64,000 bases of DNA. Source: Hyphomicrobiales bacterium (lineage in GTDB: Bacteria > Pseudomonadota > Alphaproteobacteria > Rhizobiales > Beijerinckiaceae). Location of the stretch: positions 19,453-83,452 of the forward strand of contig QBLV01000014.1 of the NCBI GenBank assembly GCA_003241815.1. The letters are read 5' to 3'. Positions 45,570 to 55,328 of this stretch are shown here, piece by piece. Positions within the stretch are counted from its first letter, which is position 1, and each line of letters opens with the position of its first letter. The translations under genes and the position numbers were made by a program. Below the pieces are notes generated by a model, which saw only the letters and a list, made by a program, of their open reading frames with translations, was not told the origin of the DNA and ran no database searches.

Positions 45570-45787
45570 CGCGGATCTCCGCGACGGGCGCCGGAAGCTC
45601 TCTCCCCGCTCTCAACCCGTCACGGCAAAGCCGGTCCGCACTCTCACTCTAGGGGGCGTTGCGGGGATCTCCCCGCAGAAGGGGTCGGCCGAGACGCGAG
45701 GCTCGGCCGCAGGGGAAGGCTTTCCCCTCATATCGACGTGATTAATTCGACTTTTAGCATCTCGATTACCACGCCGTTTACCGGCCA

Positions 45788-45802
45788 CGACTATTATAGT
45801 CG
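45788..45802. promoter_or_regulatory. Operator-like palindrome CGACTAT-T-ATAGTCG (copy c); reads TATAAT on the minus strand
   Basis: Perfect 7+1+7 inverted repeat, 219 bp upstream of the ardC start. Confidence 0.55.
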
Positions 45803-45821
45803 CACCTCTCGTATAAATGAG

Positions 45822-47741
45822 TTGTCAGGCGGGTGTTCGTTGCTGCGCATCCAGAATGAAATACTACGGATGATCGCAGACGGCGAACCGCTCGATGACA
45901 CAGCGCGGCAGATCTGCGTTCTCGTCGAGGCCGAACTGCCGGGCACGATCTGCTCGATCCTGGTCGTGGACCGCGCCGGACTGCTCCACCCGCTTGCGGC
46001 CCCGAGTCTCCCCGACGACTACTCCGAGGCTCTCGACGGAATGGTGATCGGCCCTGAGGTCGGCGCCTGTGGAACTGCGGCATATCTTCGGGAAGTCGTG
46101 ATTATCGAAGACATGACCGTTGATCCCCGTTGCGCGAAGTTTGCGTCGCGGATCGACGGCCTTGGCGTGACGGCATGTTGGTCGCTGCCGATCCTAAACG
46201 ATGAAAGGAACACGGTCGCAGTCCTCGGGCTCTATCACCGCGACAGGCATTACCCGGGTAAAGCTGAGCGCGAGCTCGCGGAAGCGTGCGTGGACCTCTG
46301 CGCCATCGCGCTCCGTCGCAACGAGCGGATCGCCGATCGGGAGCGTCGTGCGAACATCGACGCCCTGACGGGTCTTCCAAATCGATCTGCCTTCGAAACC
46401 GCCATGGCGAACATACCCTGCGACGAGATCGGATCGTGGGGACTGTTCATCCTGGACCTGGACAACCTCAAGGTCGTCAACGACACCTTCGGCCATCTCG
46501 CCGGCGACGCCCTGATACGCACCGCCGCAAGTCGGATCTCCCATGTGATGGCGCCTGACATCACCTTTCGGCTTGGCGGAGATGAGTTCGCGGTCATCAT
46601 GCAGTCGCCCGAGCTGCTGAGCGATCTCGACGCGGCGGCCGCGCGTATCTTCGCGGCGCTCGAACTGCCAGCGCCTTGCGAGGGCCACATGGTCGTCCCC
46701 CGCGCGACGATCGGGGGGGCGGTTCTCGCGCAAGGAGAGGCGACGGCGATCGCCGTGAGCGAAGCCGCCGATTTCGCGCTTTACCACGCGAAGGAGACCG
46801 GGCGCGGCGGTTTCGTCCGCTATTGGCCGGGCATCGGTAGCCGCATCACGCGGAGGCGGGATGCCATTCGAGATGTTGCGGGGGCGCTTAAGGACGATCG
46901 TATCGAGGCGCACTACCAGCCCGTGGTGCGCTTGGACACAGGCGAGATCATCGGCCTCGAGGCGCTTTGCAGAATGCGTACGGTCGATGGTGACTTGATC
47001 ACCGCGGCCGATTTCCATGAGGCGACGACGGACGCCCATGTCGCCGCAGAACTGACAGAACAGATGCTCGCGGCCGTAGCTGGAGATATCCGCCATTGGC
47101 TGGATAGTGGGATTCCGGTCCAGCACGTCGGCATCAACGTGTCGACGGCGGATTTCTACACTGGGAGCATCGGAAAGAAGTTCGAGAGCGCATTTGATCG
47201 CGCGGGTGTTTCGTTGAAGCACTTGGTGCTTGAGGTTAGCGAAGATGTGTATCTCGGACGGCGCGATCGCGTCGTCGCGAAGGAGATTGAATCCCTGCGC
47301 GCGGCTGGCGTCCTCGTCGCGCTCGATGATTTTGGGACGGGATACGCCTCTCTGACGCATCTGCTGAGTGTTCCCGTCGATATCATCAAGATTGATCAGA
47401 CCTTCGTCGCTCGCTTGTGGCCGGAGGATCCGAGCATGGTGATCGTCGAGGGTTTGATCGATATCGCCAGACGCCTCGATATTCGGGTTGTAGCCGAAGG
47501 TATTGAGACCGAGGTGCAGGCAAGCCAACTCTGGTCGATGGGCTGCCATCTCGGCCAAGGTTTCGCCTTTGCCAGGCCTGGAGACCGCGTGACGACGGAG
47601 CGGCTTCTGCGCCGGCACGCGCAGGGAATGGGTGGAACGGTTCCTCTCTATCCGGTTTCCCTACAGGCCCCCGCGAGCTCGAATGGCTCGGTGCCCGAAC
47701 AGAAGCTGGCGAGTCCACATCGTCGCGCATCTGTCGGCTAA
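45822..47741 (+). CDS. GAF-GGDEF-EAL signalling protein (diguanylate cyclase/phosphodiesterase)
   Basis: GAF-like N-terminus, GGDEF (FRLGGDEFAV), and EAL motifs (GLEALCRMR; DDFGTGYASL). Start uncertain: TTG 45822 or 45840, or ATG 45870. The ORF-track start at 45390 lies antisense within ardC and was rejected. Confidence 0.85.
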   Translation: MSGGCSLLRIQNEILRMIADGEPLDDTARQICVLVEAELPGTICSILVVDRAGLLHPLAAPSLPDDYSEALDGMVIGPEVGACGTAAYLREVVIIEDMTVDPRCAKFASRIDGLGVTACWSLPILNDERNTVAVLGLYHRDRHYPGKAERELAEACVDLCAIALRRNERIADRERRANIDALTGLPNRSAFETAMANIPCDEIGSWGLFILDLDNLKVVNDTFGHLAGDALIRTAASRISHVMAPDITFRLGGDEFAVIMQSPELLSDLDAAAARIFAALELPAPCEGHMVVPRATIGGAVLAQGEATAIAVSEAADFALYHAKETGRGGFVRYWPGIGSRITRRRDAIRDVAGALKDDRIEAHYQPVVRLDTGEIIGLEALCRMRTVDGDLITAADFHEATTDAHVAAELTEQMLAAVAGDIRHWLDSGIPVQHVGINVSTADFYTGSIGKKFESAFDRAGVSLKHLVLEVSEDVYLGRRDRVVAKEIESLRAAGVLVALDDFGTGYASLTHLLSVPVDIIKIDQTFVARLWPEDPSMVIVEGLIDIARRLDIRVVAEGIETEVQASQLWSMGCHLGQGFAFARPGDRVTTERLLRRHAQGMGGTVPLYPVSLQAPASSNGSVPEQKLASPHRRASVG

Positions 47742-47795
47742 TGATTGCCGCACGTGGCATGAGGTGTGGTTCTTCGCGAGCGCAGAGGCGTGGAC

Positions 47796-48209
47796 ATGTT
47801 GACGATGAGACAGCGCGTTGCCGCCTACATAATCGCTCTCGTTGCGTTCGGCGTTCTTGACGCCGCAATCATCTTTTCGTTCGGAGCCCGGTCCTACAAG
47901 ACCACATTGGGCGACGTGCTCGCCGAGCAACCTCATATCTGGCCGGTTCTCGTATTTTATCCGCTTTTCATCTTCGGACTTTGCCACTTCGCGGTTTTTC
48001 CCGCGTTGCGGGCCCGAAATAGGACCGTCGCCGCCAGCAACGGCGCAATCTACGGCCTTTGTACCTACGGCACCTATGCGCTGACGTGTTACGCCGCGAT
48101 CCGCAACTGGAGCCTCCAGCTTGCCTTGACGGACATTTGCGGGGGCACGCTGATTGGCGCCGCTGTCGCGCTGTTCGCTTATCTTGGCGCCGCGCGGATC
48201 AGAGTTTAG
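47796..48209 (+). CDS. DUF2177-family membrane protein
   Basis: About 137 aa with four TM helices. The pattern AAYIIALVAFGVLDAAI...YGLCTYGTYALT...W matches DUF2177 as I recall it. Confidence 0.65.
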   Translation: MLTMRQRVAAYIIALVAFGVLDAAIIFSFGARSYKTTLGDVLAEQPHIWPVLVFYPLFIFGLCHFAVFPALRARNRTVAASNGAIYGLCTYGTYALTCYAAIRNWSLQLALTDICGGTLIGAAVALFAYLGAARIRV

Positions 48210-48227
48210 GTCAACCGGGGGCTGAAA

Positions 48228-48252
48228 CTGCCGGCGAGCGGGCCGCCGGCAG
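48228..48252. terminator. Hairpin between convergent genes; possible terminator, best for the minus-strand gene
   Basis: CTGCCGGCG-AGCGGGC-CGCCGGCAG (9-bp stem). The minus-strand side is followed by TTTCAG. Confidence 0.5.
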
Positions 48253-48272
48253 TGAAGTCAAATTCGGGCGGA

Positions 48273-48653
48273 TCAGGGCTGGGCGATGTGCCAGGCGCCG
48301 TTGAGGAATCCGTCGCCAGTGATGTCGCCCGGCTTCTTGTCCTTCGTCCAAGTGTAGAGCGGATGGCCCTTGTAGGCCCACTGACGCGAGCCGTCATCGC
48401 GCACGACGACAGTGTAGCTGGCCGCTGATTGTGCGTCGGCGGCGGCCGCAAGCGGAGGCCAGTTGACGGCGCACGGACCGTTGCAGGCCGACTTGCCGTC
48501 GGAGTCCTTGTCAAAGGTGTAGAGCGTCATTCCGTGTGCGTCGATGAGGGTCCGCCCCTTCGCTGTGTCGCCGACCATGGCGGGATCGGCGGCGAACGCC
48601 GCGGTGGAAGCCGAAAGGATGATGGCTGCTGCGAATAGTGTCTTGGTGATCAC
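48273..48653 (-). CDS. Secreted COG4315-type protein (Yx(FWY)xxD repeat lipoprotein family)
   Basis: 126 aa with a signal peptide. Repeats LYTFDKDSDGKSACNGPCAVNWPP and LYTWTKDKKPGDITGDG. Confidence 0.8.
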   Translation of the reverse strand: MITKTLFAAAIILSASTAAFAADPAMVGDTAKGRTLIDAHGMTLYTFDKDSDGKSACNGPCAVNWPPLAAAADAQSAASYTVVVRDDGSRQWAYKGHPLYTWTKDKKPGDITGDGFLNGAWHIAQP

Positions 48654-48820
48654 GATGTGCTCCTACTGAGGTGGTGACCGTAGTGAGACAACGACGTCGC
48701 CGATTTATTCCGAGCGGCAGTAGCTTTTTCAGACAGCCAAGAAAATTCGAGGGGAATGGAATAAAGGAGAGGCTGTGCTGTCTACCGCTCCAATGCACTG
48801 AGCACGGAGCGACCATAGCA

Positions 48821-49213
48821 ATGAAGATCAACAAAGGCGGTGCGATCGTTCTCGCGATCTGCACCTTTGCCATGGCTGGAAACACGGCGATGGCGCAGCA
48901 ACATCATCCTGGCGCGGCGACCAGCGAGCGCTCACAGGAAGCGCAGGCCTTCCAAGCCGACAACGACACAGCCATGGCGCGAATGATGGCGGCCATGCAT
49001 GTCGAGCCTACCGGCGACGTCGACCGCGACTTCCTCGTGATGATGATCCCGCATCATCAGGGCGCAATCGACATGGCCAAGGCGCTGCTGCGCTCCGGCC
49101 GCAATGAGACGGTCCGCCGTCTCGCGCAGGAAATCATCGTCACTCAGGAAGACGAGATCCGGGCAATGCGCATGGCGCTGGCCGACCAGAAGAACGCGGG
49201 GATCCAACCATGA
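48821..49213 (+). CDS. DUF305-family periplasmic protein (metal/copper-stress associated)
   Basis: 130 aa from MKINKGGAIVLAICTFAMAG (signal), with DRDFLVMMIPHHQGAIDMA and EIIVTQEDEIRAM motifs. Confidence 0.8.
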   Translation: MKINKGGAIVLAICTFAMAGNTAMAQQHHPGAATSERSQEAQAFQADNDTAMARMMAAMHVEPTGDVDRDFLVMMIPHHQGAIDMAKALLRSGRNETVRRLAQEIIVTQEDEIRAMRMALADQKNAGIQP

Positions 49214-50688
49214 GGCGCTCGACTATGAAACATCACCTTCTCGCACTGACATTGCTCCTGGGCACCGCGCTTGTCCCGGCGAGTCAGGCGTTCGCCGGCC
49301 AGGCGCCGCGCGCATCGGCCACGGAAGACATTCCGGTGAGCCACCGTGACCGCGTTTACGCCGCCGAGCAGTTCTCGAACACTGTCTCGGTGATCGATCC
49401 GGCAAACAATGCGCTGCTCGGCGTCATCCGGCTCGGCGATCCGCAGCCGGCAAATCTCAGTCCGCTCTATCGCGGGCAAGTGCTGGTGCACGGGCTCGGT
49501 TTCTCGCCTGATGGCAAGACGCTCGCCGTCGTGTCGATCGGCTCCAACTCGGTGACCTTCATCGATACCGCCACCAATGCCGTGAAGGCGACCACCTATC
49601 TCGGCCGCTCACCGCATGAGGCGTTCTTCACGCCCGATGGTCGCGAGCTCTGGGTCACGGTGCGCGGCGAAGACTATATCTCGGTCATTGACCCGACGAC
49701 ATTCGCCGAGAAGACCCGCATCCGCGTGCCGGCCGGCCCCGGCATGCAGATATTCTCGCCGGACGGCGAATACGGCTATGTCTGCTCTTCCTTCACGGCC
49801 GAGACCGTGGTGATCCGCCGAGCCGATCATCAGATCGTCGGACATATCAAGCAGGACTCGCCGTTCTGCCCGAACATCGCTGCAAGCCCGGACGGACGGC
49901 AGGTCTGGCTGACGCTGAAGGATATCGGGCGTGTGATGGTGTTCGATGCCAAGCCACCATTCTCGGTGCTGCGTACCATCGACACAGGCCCACTCACCAA
50001 CCACGTCAACTTCGCGAAGACCATGGCGGGCACCTTCGCCTATGTCACGGTTGGCGGCCTCGATGCGATCAAGGTCTTCCGCACCGATACGTTCGAGCAG
50101 ACGGCGCTGATCCACGTGGGCAAGCTGCCGCATGGCCTCTGGCCCTCGGGCGACGGCACGCGGATCTATGTCGGCATCGAGAACGCCGACAAGGTGGCGG
50201 CGATCGACACGGCGACGAACCGGGTCATCGCCGAGATCTCGGTCGGACAGGCACCCCAGGCGCTGGTCTATGTGCCGCGCGCCGTCACGGCGGATGAGGG
50301 CACGTCGGGCCTTCAGCCACTCGGCGTTGCGGGCAAGGCGAGCCTGCTGTCGCTCACGGCGGTCGGGCCCTCCGTTACGGAGCGGGGGACCAGTGTCTCG
50401 CTGTTCGACCAGGGTCTCACTCAGGTGCTGCAGGCGGCCGTCGCCGGGCTGGAGCCGCGCAAGCCCTATGTGCTGGCGCTCGCTGACAAGCCGGACGGCT
50501 CCGGACAGATAGAGCCGCTCGCGGCCTTCATGACCAACCCGGCGGGCTCGGCTGTGGTCAACGCGGTCGGTCCGATCCGGCAGGTGGTCGGCGACGCCGC
50601 AGACGATCGCCGCCGCTATCTCGTCATCGTGCCCGGCACGGCGTCGGAACATGGAGCGCCGGTTCAGGTACAGTCTCGCGCATCCTGA
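49210..50688 (+). CDS. YVTN-family beta-propeller repeat protein, exported
   Basis: 492 aa with a signal peptide and repeated ..SPDG..L/YV.. blades (FSPDGKTLAVV, FTPDGRELWV, FSPDGEYGYV, ASPDGRQVWL, PSGDGTRIYV). ATGA overlap with the DUF305 gene. Confidence 0.8.
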   Translation: MRRSTMKHHLLALTLLLGTALVPASQAFAGQAPRASATEDIPVSHRDRVYAAEQFSNTVSVIDPANNALLGVIRLGDPQPANLSPLYRGQVLVHGLGFSPDGKTLAVVSIGSNSVTFIDTATNAVKATTYLGRSPHEAFFTPDGRELWVTVRGEDYISVIDPTTFAEKTRIRVPAGPGMQIFSPDGEYGYVCSSFTAETVVIRRADHQIVGHIKQDSPFCPNIAASPDGRQVWLTLKDIGRVMVFDAKPPFSVLRTIDTGPLTNHVNFAKTMAGTFAYVTVGGLDAIKVFRTDTFEQTALIHVGKLPHGLWPSGDGTRIYVGIENADKVAAIDTATNRVIAEISVGQAPQALVYVPRAVTADEGTSGLQPLGVAGKASLLSLTAVGPSVTERGTSVSLFDQGLTQVLQAAVAGLEPRKPYVLALADKPDGSGQIEPLAAFMTNPAGSAVVNAVGPIRQVVGDAADDRRRYLVIVPGTASEHGAPVQVQSRAS

Positions 50689-50706
50689 GCGGCGTAAGGA
50701 GGCGGC

Positions 50707-51237
50707 ATGCAGGACATGATGGCCATCGTCGAACCACTGATCCCGTCGCTGCGGCGCTACGCGCGCAGCCTGCTTCGGGATCAGGTCTCGGCCGACGACC
50801 TGGTGCAGGATTGCCTCGAGCGGGTAATCGGCCGTTGGCATCAGCGGCGGGCCGATGGCGATGCGCGGACCTGGGTCTTTACCATCCTGCATAACCTGGC
50901 CATCAACCGGATGCGGCAAACGGCACGGCGGGGCGTGCATGTGCCGGTGGACGATACCAGCGAGACCGCCTTCGCCACGCCGCCGACGCAGGAGGATCAG
51001 CTCCACCATCAGGCGGCGCTGACGGCGCTCGCGGCTCTTCCTGAAGACCAGCGCAGCGTGCTGCTGCTCATCGGCGTCGAGGACCTGTCCTACGCCGAGG
51101 CGGCCGCGGTGCTCGGCGTTCCGCTCGGCACGGTGATGTCGCGCCTGTCGCGCGCCCGGCAGCGGCTCGCGCAATTGATCGAAGAAGGACCGGCGCGCTC
51201 GGCAACGACGGGACCTGGCCTGAGGAGGGTAAAATGA
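50707..51237 (+). CDS. ECF-type RNA polymerase sigma factor
   Basis: 176 aa with region 2 (DDLVQDCLERV...W.FTILHNLAINRMR) and region 4 (LPEDQRSVLLLIGVEDLSYAEAAAVLGVPLGTVMSRLSRAR). Confidence 0.9.
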   Translation: MQDMMAIVEPLIPSLRRYARSLLRDQVSADDLVQDCLERVIGRWHQRRADGDARTWVFTILHNLAINRMRQTARRGVHVPVDDTSETAFATPPTQEDQLHHQAALTALAALPEDQRSVLLLIGVEDLSYAEAAAVLGVPLGTVMSRLSRARQRLAQLIEEGPARSATTGPGLRRVK

Positions 51238-52010
51238 GCCGTCCGATCAGTGAGGACGATCTTCACGCCTATGTCGACGGGGCCTTGTCCGGCGCCCGCC
51301 GCGTGGACGTGGAAGCCTATCTCGAACGCAACCCCGAGGTGGCGGAGCAATATGCGCGCTTCGGCCGGCAGCGGGAGACGTTGCGCGCGGCACTTGGGCC
51401 GATCGCCGCCGAACCGGTGCCGCCGCAGCTCAACCTCGCGCACTTGGTGGCTGCGCGGCGCCAGTCGAGCTGGACCGGCTGGCGCGGCGCTGTCGCGGCC
51501 TGTCTGCTTCTGCTCGTCGGCGGTGCTGGAGGGTGGTCGCTGCGCAGCATCGGCACCGAGCCGAGCGTCGGGATCAATGCGCTCGCCCAGGAAGCCTCCT
51601 ACGCCTATGCGGTATTCGGGCAGGACAAGGGCCGGCCCGTCGAGATCAATGCGGCCGACAGCACCGCGCTGGTGCGCTGGGTCGAGAACCGGTTGTCGCG
51701 CCAGATCTCGGTTCCTGACCTCTCGCAGGCCGGCTATCGCTTCATGGGTGGGCGAGTTGTCGCGACCCCGAATGGCGCCGCTGGGCTTCTGATGTACGAT
51801 GATGCACAGGGCGCGCGCATCGCGATCCTAATGCGTCCCATGATGCGCGACCAGAACGCCCCGATGGCGGAGCACCGTGAAGGGGATGTTGTCGGCTACG
51901 CCTGGGCGGACAATGGCATGGGATATAGTCTCGTCGGAGGAAACTCGGCTGCTAGTCTTCTCCATCCAGTCGCTGACGAAGCGCGGCGACAGATGCGCTC
52001 GCGGACTTAA
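51234..52010 (+). CDS. Anti-sigma factor (single-pass membrane)
   Basis: 258 aa with an N-terminal anti-sigma motif (DLHAYVDGAL....VEAYL..NPE), a central TM and a periplasmic domain. 4-bp overlap with the sigma gene. Confidence 0.8.
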   Translation: MSRPISEDDLHAYVDGALSGARRVDVEAYLERNPEVAEQYARFGRQRETLRAALGPIAAEPVPPQLNLAHLVAARRQSSWTGWRGAVAACLLLLVGGAGGWSLRSIGTEPSVGINALAQEASYAYAVFGQDKGRPVEINAADSTALVRWVENRLSRQISVPDLSQAGYRFMGGRVVATPNGAAGLLMYDDAQGARIAILMRPMMRDQNAPMAEHREGDVVGYAWADNGMGYSLVGGNSAASLLHPVADEARRQMRSRT

Positions 52011-52055
52011 TCACGGCGCCTGACGGCACCGTTGAGTAGCGTGAGGTTTGCAGGC

Positions 52056-55000
52056 TCAGCGGAAATCGCGCGTTTTGACCTTGATCGTGTCGATGTGGAG
52101 GTCGGGGATGAAGATGTCGCGGGTCCGCACGGTCCTCGATGGCTGGCCGCGTGGATCGGGCGTCGGTGAGCCGTGATGAAACTCGTCGCCCCGTCCATGG
52201 GGCAACGGAAAGGCGGTGTCGCGTTCACCGACGCTGGCCAGCTCCGCCGAAAGATCTGTCAGCCGCTGTGCGACGAGATGGACCACTTCGCCCTCGCGCT
52301 GGACGCGGCCGCGCACCGCGATCATGCCGGCCGACAGAATTGTGCGGCGGTTTTGCTCGAAGACCTTGGGCCAGACCACGAGGTTGGCGATCCCGCTCTC
52401 GTCTTCGAGCGTGATGAACATGACGCCCTTGGCGCTGCCGGGCCGTTGCCGCACCAGCACGATGCCGGCCGCCTCCAGCCATCGGCCGTCCTTTGCGTCC
52501 ATCGCCTCCTGGCAGGAGACCATACGACGGCGGCGCAGTTCCGGGCGCAGGAACGAGACCGGATGGTCGCGCAGCGACAGGCTGATATGCCGGTAGTCCT
52601 CGACGACTTCACCGCCCGCCGTCATCGGGCGCAGGATGACGGCCGGTTCGGCGACCTCGGGCACGATCTCCGTCTCGCGTGCCGACGCAGCGGCGAAGAG
52701 CGGAAGCGGCTCGTCGCGCAGCGCCTTGATCGCCCATAGCGCCTCACGGCGTGCCAGACCGAAGGGCGGGCGAAACCCGTCCGCTTCGGCGATTTGGGTG
52801 AGCGCCGCGACGGGCACGCCGGCCCGACGCCAGAGATCATCGACCGAGCCGAAGGGCTGGTCCGCCCTGGCCGTGACGATCGCCCCGCCGTGGGCATTGG
52901 CGAGGCCTTTGACCATGCGCAGCCCCAGGCGAACGGCGAACCGCTCCTCGCTGCCGGTGGGCTCGAGTGTGCAGTCCCACCGTGACGCGTTGGCGCAGAC
53001 CGGCCGGATCTCGACGCCATGATCGCGCGCGTCACGGACGATCTGGGCCGGCGCGTAGAAGCCCATGGGCTGGCTGTTCAGCAGCGCGGCGCAGAAGATT
53101 TCCGGGTGCCAGCATTTCAGCCAGGCCGACGCGTAGGCGATCAGCGCAAAAGAGGCTGCGTGGCTTTCCGGAAATCCGTAACTGCCGAACCCCTCAAGTT
53201 GCTTGAAGGTCTGCTCGGCAAACGCCTGCTCGTAGCCGTTGGAGACCATGCCGGCGATCAGCTTGTCGCGGAAATGCGAGACGCCGCCGGTGAACTTGAA
53301 GGTGGCCATCGACTTGCGAAGCATATCGGCCTCTCCGGGGGTGAAGCCGGCGCATTCGATGGCGACGCGCATCGCCTGCTCCTGAAAGAGCGGCACGCCG
53401 AGCGTCTTGCCGAGCACTTTCTCCAGTTCGGGCTTCGGATAGTGGACGGGCTCGAGGCCCTCCCGGCGACGAAGATACGGATGCACCATGTCGCCCTGAA
53501 TCGGACCGGGCCTGACGATCGCGACCTGGACGACGAGATCGTAATAGGTGCGCGGCTTCAGGCGCGGCAGCATCGACATTTGCGCCCGGCTCTCGATCTG
53601 GAAGGTGCCGAGCGTGTCGGCTTTTCGGATCATCGCGTAGGTGCGCGGGTCCTCGGCCGGGATGGAGGCGAGATCGAGATTGACGCCCTTGTGCTCGGCC
53701 AGGAGATCCAGCCCTTTCTTCATGCAGGTCAGCATCCCGAGCGCCAGGACGTCGACCTTCATGAACTTGAGGGCGTCGATATCGTCCTTGTCCCATTCGA
53801 TGACCTGCCGGTCCTTCATCGCGGCCGGTTCGATCGGCACGAGGTCGTCGAGCCGGTCATGGGTCAGCACGAAACCGCCGGGATGTTGGCTGAGATGGCG
53901 CGGCGCGCCCATGAGCTGCCGGGCGAGGTCGAGCGTCAGGCGAAGGCGGCGATCGGCGAGATTGAGGTTCAGCTCTTCGACGTGCTTCTGTTCAACGCCT
54001 TCCTCCGACCAGGCCCAGACCTGCGACGACAAGGTGCCGATCAGGTCCTCTGGCAAGCCGAGCGCCTTGCCAACATCCCGCAACGCGCCCTTCGTGCGAT
54101 AGCGGATGACGGTCGAGCAGAGCGCGGCGTGGTCGCGGCCGTAGGTGTCGAACACCCACTGCATGACGATCTCGCGCCTCTCATGCTCGAAATCGACGTC
54201 AATGTCGGGCGGCTCGCGCCGCTCCTCGCTGACGAAGCGCTCGAAGAGAAGATCGTTGCGGCCGGGATCGATCGACGTGATGCCGAGGACATAGCAGACC
54301 GCAGAGTTGGCGGCGGATCCACGGCCCTGGCAAAGGATGTCCTTCGATCGCGCGAAGCGGACGATCGAATTGACGGTCAGAAAATACGGCGCGTAATAGA
54401 GCTTCTCGATCAGCCGAAGCTCATAGTGGAGCGCGGCGGTCACGCTGTCAGGCACGCCTTCGGGATAACGCTCGACGGCGCCTTCCCAAGTGAGCTTCGC
54501 CAGCGTCTCCTGCGGCGTAAGGGCAGGATCGTCACGTTCTTCGGGATACTGGTAGGCCAGCTCGTCGAGGCTGAAGCGGCAGCGGTCTGCGATCTGCAGG
54601 GTTCGGGCGAGCGCTTCGGGATAGCGGCTGAAGAGACGGTGCATCTCCTCGGGCGGCTTGATGTAGCGGTCGGCGTGACGCTCCCGGCGGTCGCCGATCG
54701 TGTCGATCGTGACGTTGTGCCGGATGCAGGAAACGACGTCCTGAAGGATGCGGCGGGCGGGCTCGTGGAAGAGGACGTCGTTCGTCACCACGGTCGCGAC
54801 CCGCATCTGGATGGCCAGGTTCGACAGCTCGTGAAGGCGGAGCTGGTCGTTGGGGCGGCGACGCAGTGTCAAAGCCAGGTAGGCCCGATCGCCAAACGCA
54901 TCGCGCAGGCGGCGCAGCCGAAGGCCGCATTCGTCATCGGCGAGATCCGGCACGAGCACGGCGATCAAGCCTTCGCCGTAGGCCACGAGGTCCTGCCATT

Positions 55001-55328
55001 CGAGCACGCACTTCGCCTTTCCGCCGCGCCGCTTGCCGAGGGACAGCAGCCGGCAGAGTCGGGAATAAGCTGGTCGGTCGGTTGGATAGACCAGCACAGA
55101 CATGCCGTCGGTGAGGTCGAGACGGCAGCCGACAATCAGGCGAACCCCGGTTGTTTTCGCCGCCTCGTGAGCCCGGACGATGCCGGCGAGCGAATTCCGA
55201 TCCACCACGGCCAGCGCTTCGATCCCGCCGAGCGCGGCCTGGGCGAACAGCTCCTCACAGGACGACGCCCCTCGCAGAAAGCTGAAATGCGAGGTGACCT
55301 GAAGCTCGACGTAACGGGGCTCGCTCAT
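52056..55328 (-). CDS. dnaE2: Error-prone DNA polymerase DnaE2 (ImuC)
   Basis: 1090 aa from [22 protein letters not shown] (PHP domain) with Pol III alpha core motifs. ATGA overlap with the imuB stop. Confidence 0.95.
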   Translation of the reverse strand: MSEPRYVELQVTSHFSFLRGASSCEELFAQAALGGIEALAVVDRNSLAGIVRAHEAAKTTGVRLIVGCRLDLTDGMSVLVYPTDRPAYSRLCRLLSLGKRRGGKAKCVLEWQDLVAYGEGLIAVLVPDLADDECGLRLRRLRDAFGDRAYLALTLRRRPNDQLRLHELSNLAIQMRVATVVTNDVLFHEPARRILQDVVSCIRHNVTIDTIGDRRERHADRYIKPPEEMHRLFSRYPEALARTLQIADRCRFSLDELAYQYPEERDDPALTPQETLAKLTWEGAVERYPEGVPDSVTAALHYELRLIEKLYYAPYFLTVNSIVRFARSKDILCQGRGSAANSAVCYVLGITSIDPGRNDLLFERFVSEERREPPDIDVDFEHERREIVMQWVFDTYGRDHAALCSTVIRYRTKGALRDVGKALGLPEDLIGTLSSQVWAWSEEGVEQKHVEELNLNLADRRLRLTLDLARQLMGAPRHLSQHPGGFVLTHDRLDDLVPIEPAAMKDRQVIEWDKDDIDALKFMKVDVLALGMLTCMKKGLDLLAEHKGVNLDLASIPAEDPRTYAMIRKADTLGTFQIESRAQMSMLPRLKPRTYYDLVVQVAIVRPGPIQGDMVHPYLRRREGLEPVHYPKPELEKVLGKTLGVPLFQEQAMRVAIECAGFTPGEADMLRKSMATFKFTGGVSHFRDKLIAGMVSNGYEQAFAEQTFKQLEGFGSYGFPESHAASFALIAYASAWLKCWHPEIFCAALLNSQPMGFYAPAQIVRDARDHGVEIRPVCANASRWDCTLEPTGSEERFAVRLGLRMVKGLANAHGGAIVTARADQPFGSVDDLWRRAGVPVAALTQIAEADGFRPPFGLARREALWAIKALRDEPLPLFAAASARETEIVPEVAEPAVILRPMTAGGEVVEDYRHISLSLRDHPVSFLRPELRRRRMVSCQEAMDAKDGRWLEAAGIVLVRQRPGSAKGVMFITLEDESGIANLVVWPKVFEQNRRTILSAGMIAVRGRVQREGEVVHLVAQRLTDLSAELASVGERDTAFPLPHGRGDEFHHGSPTPDPRGQPSRTVRTRDIFIPDLHIDTIKVKTRDFR

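Larger units (their letters stand above)
2604..45802. mobile_element. Backbone of an integrative conjugative element or conjugative-plasmid-like element (P-type Trb T4SS, TraG, relaxase, ParA/RepA, ArdC). This is the minimum extent; true ends and integrase were not seen.
   Basis: Contiguous set of conjugation, partition, replication and anti-restriction genes, nearly all on the minus strand with many 4-bp start/stop overlaps. Cargo insertions at 12.6-16.2 kb and 36.6-39.8 kb. Confidence 0.8.

Noticed and set aside
45390-45821. 5' part of the 783-aa ORF-track version of the GGDEF-EAL gene
   Set aside because: It would overlap ardC and its leader on the opposite strand. Recognisable GAF sequence begins only around 45822-45870.
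49609-51174. 521-aa minus-strand ORF (also 46194-47618, 474 aa)
   Set aside because: These lie antisense to the beta-propeller/sigma genes and the GGDEF-EAL gene, which have clear domain motifs.
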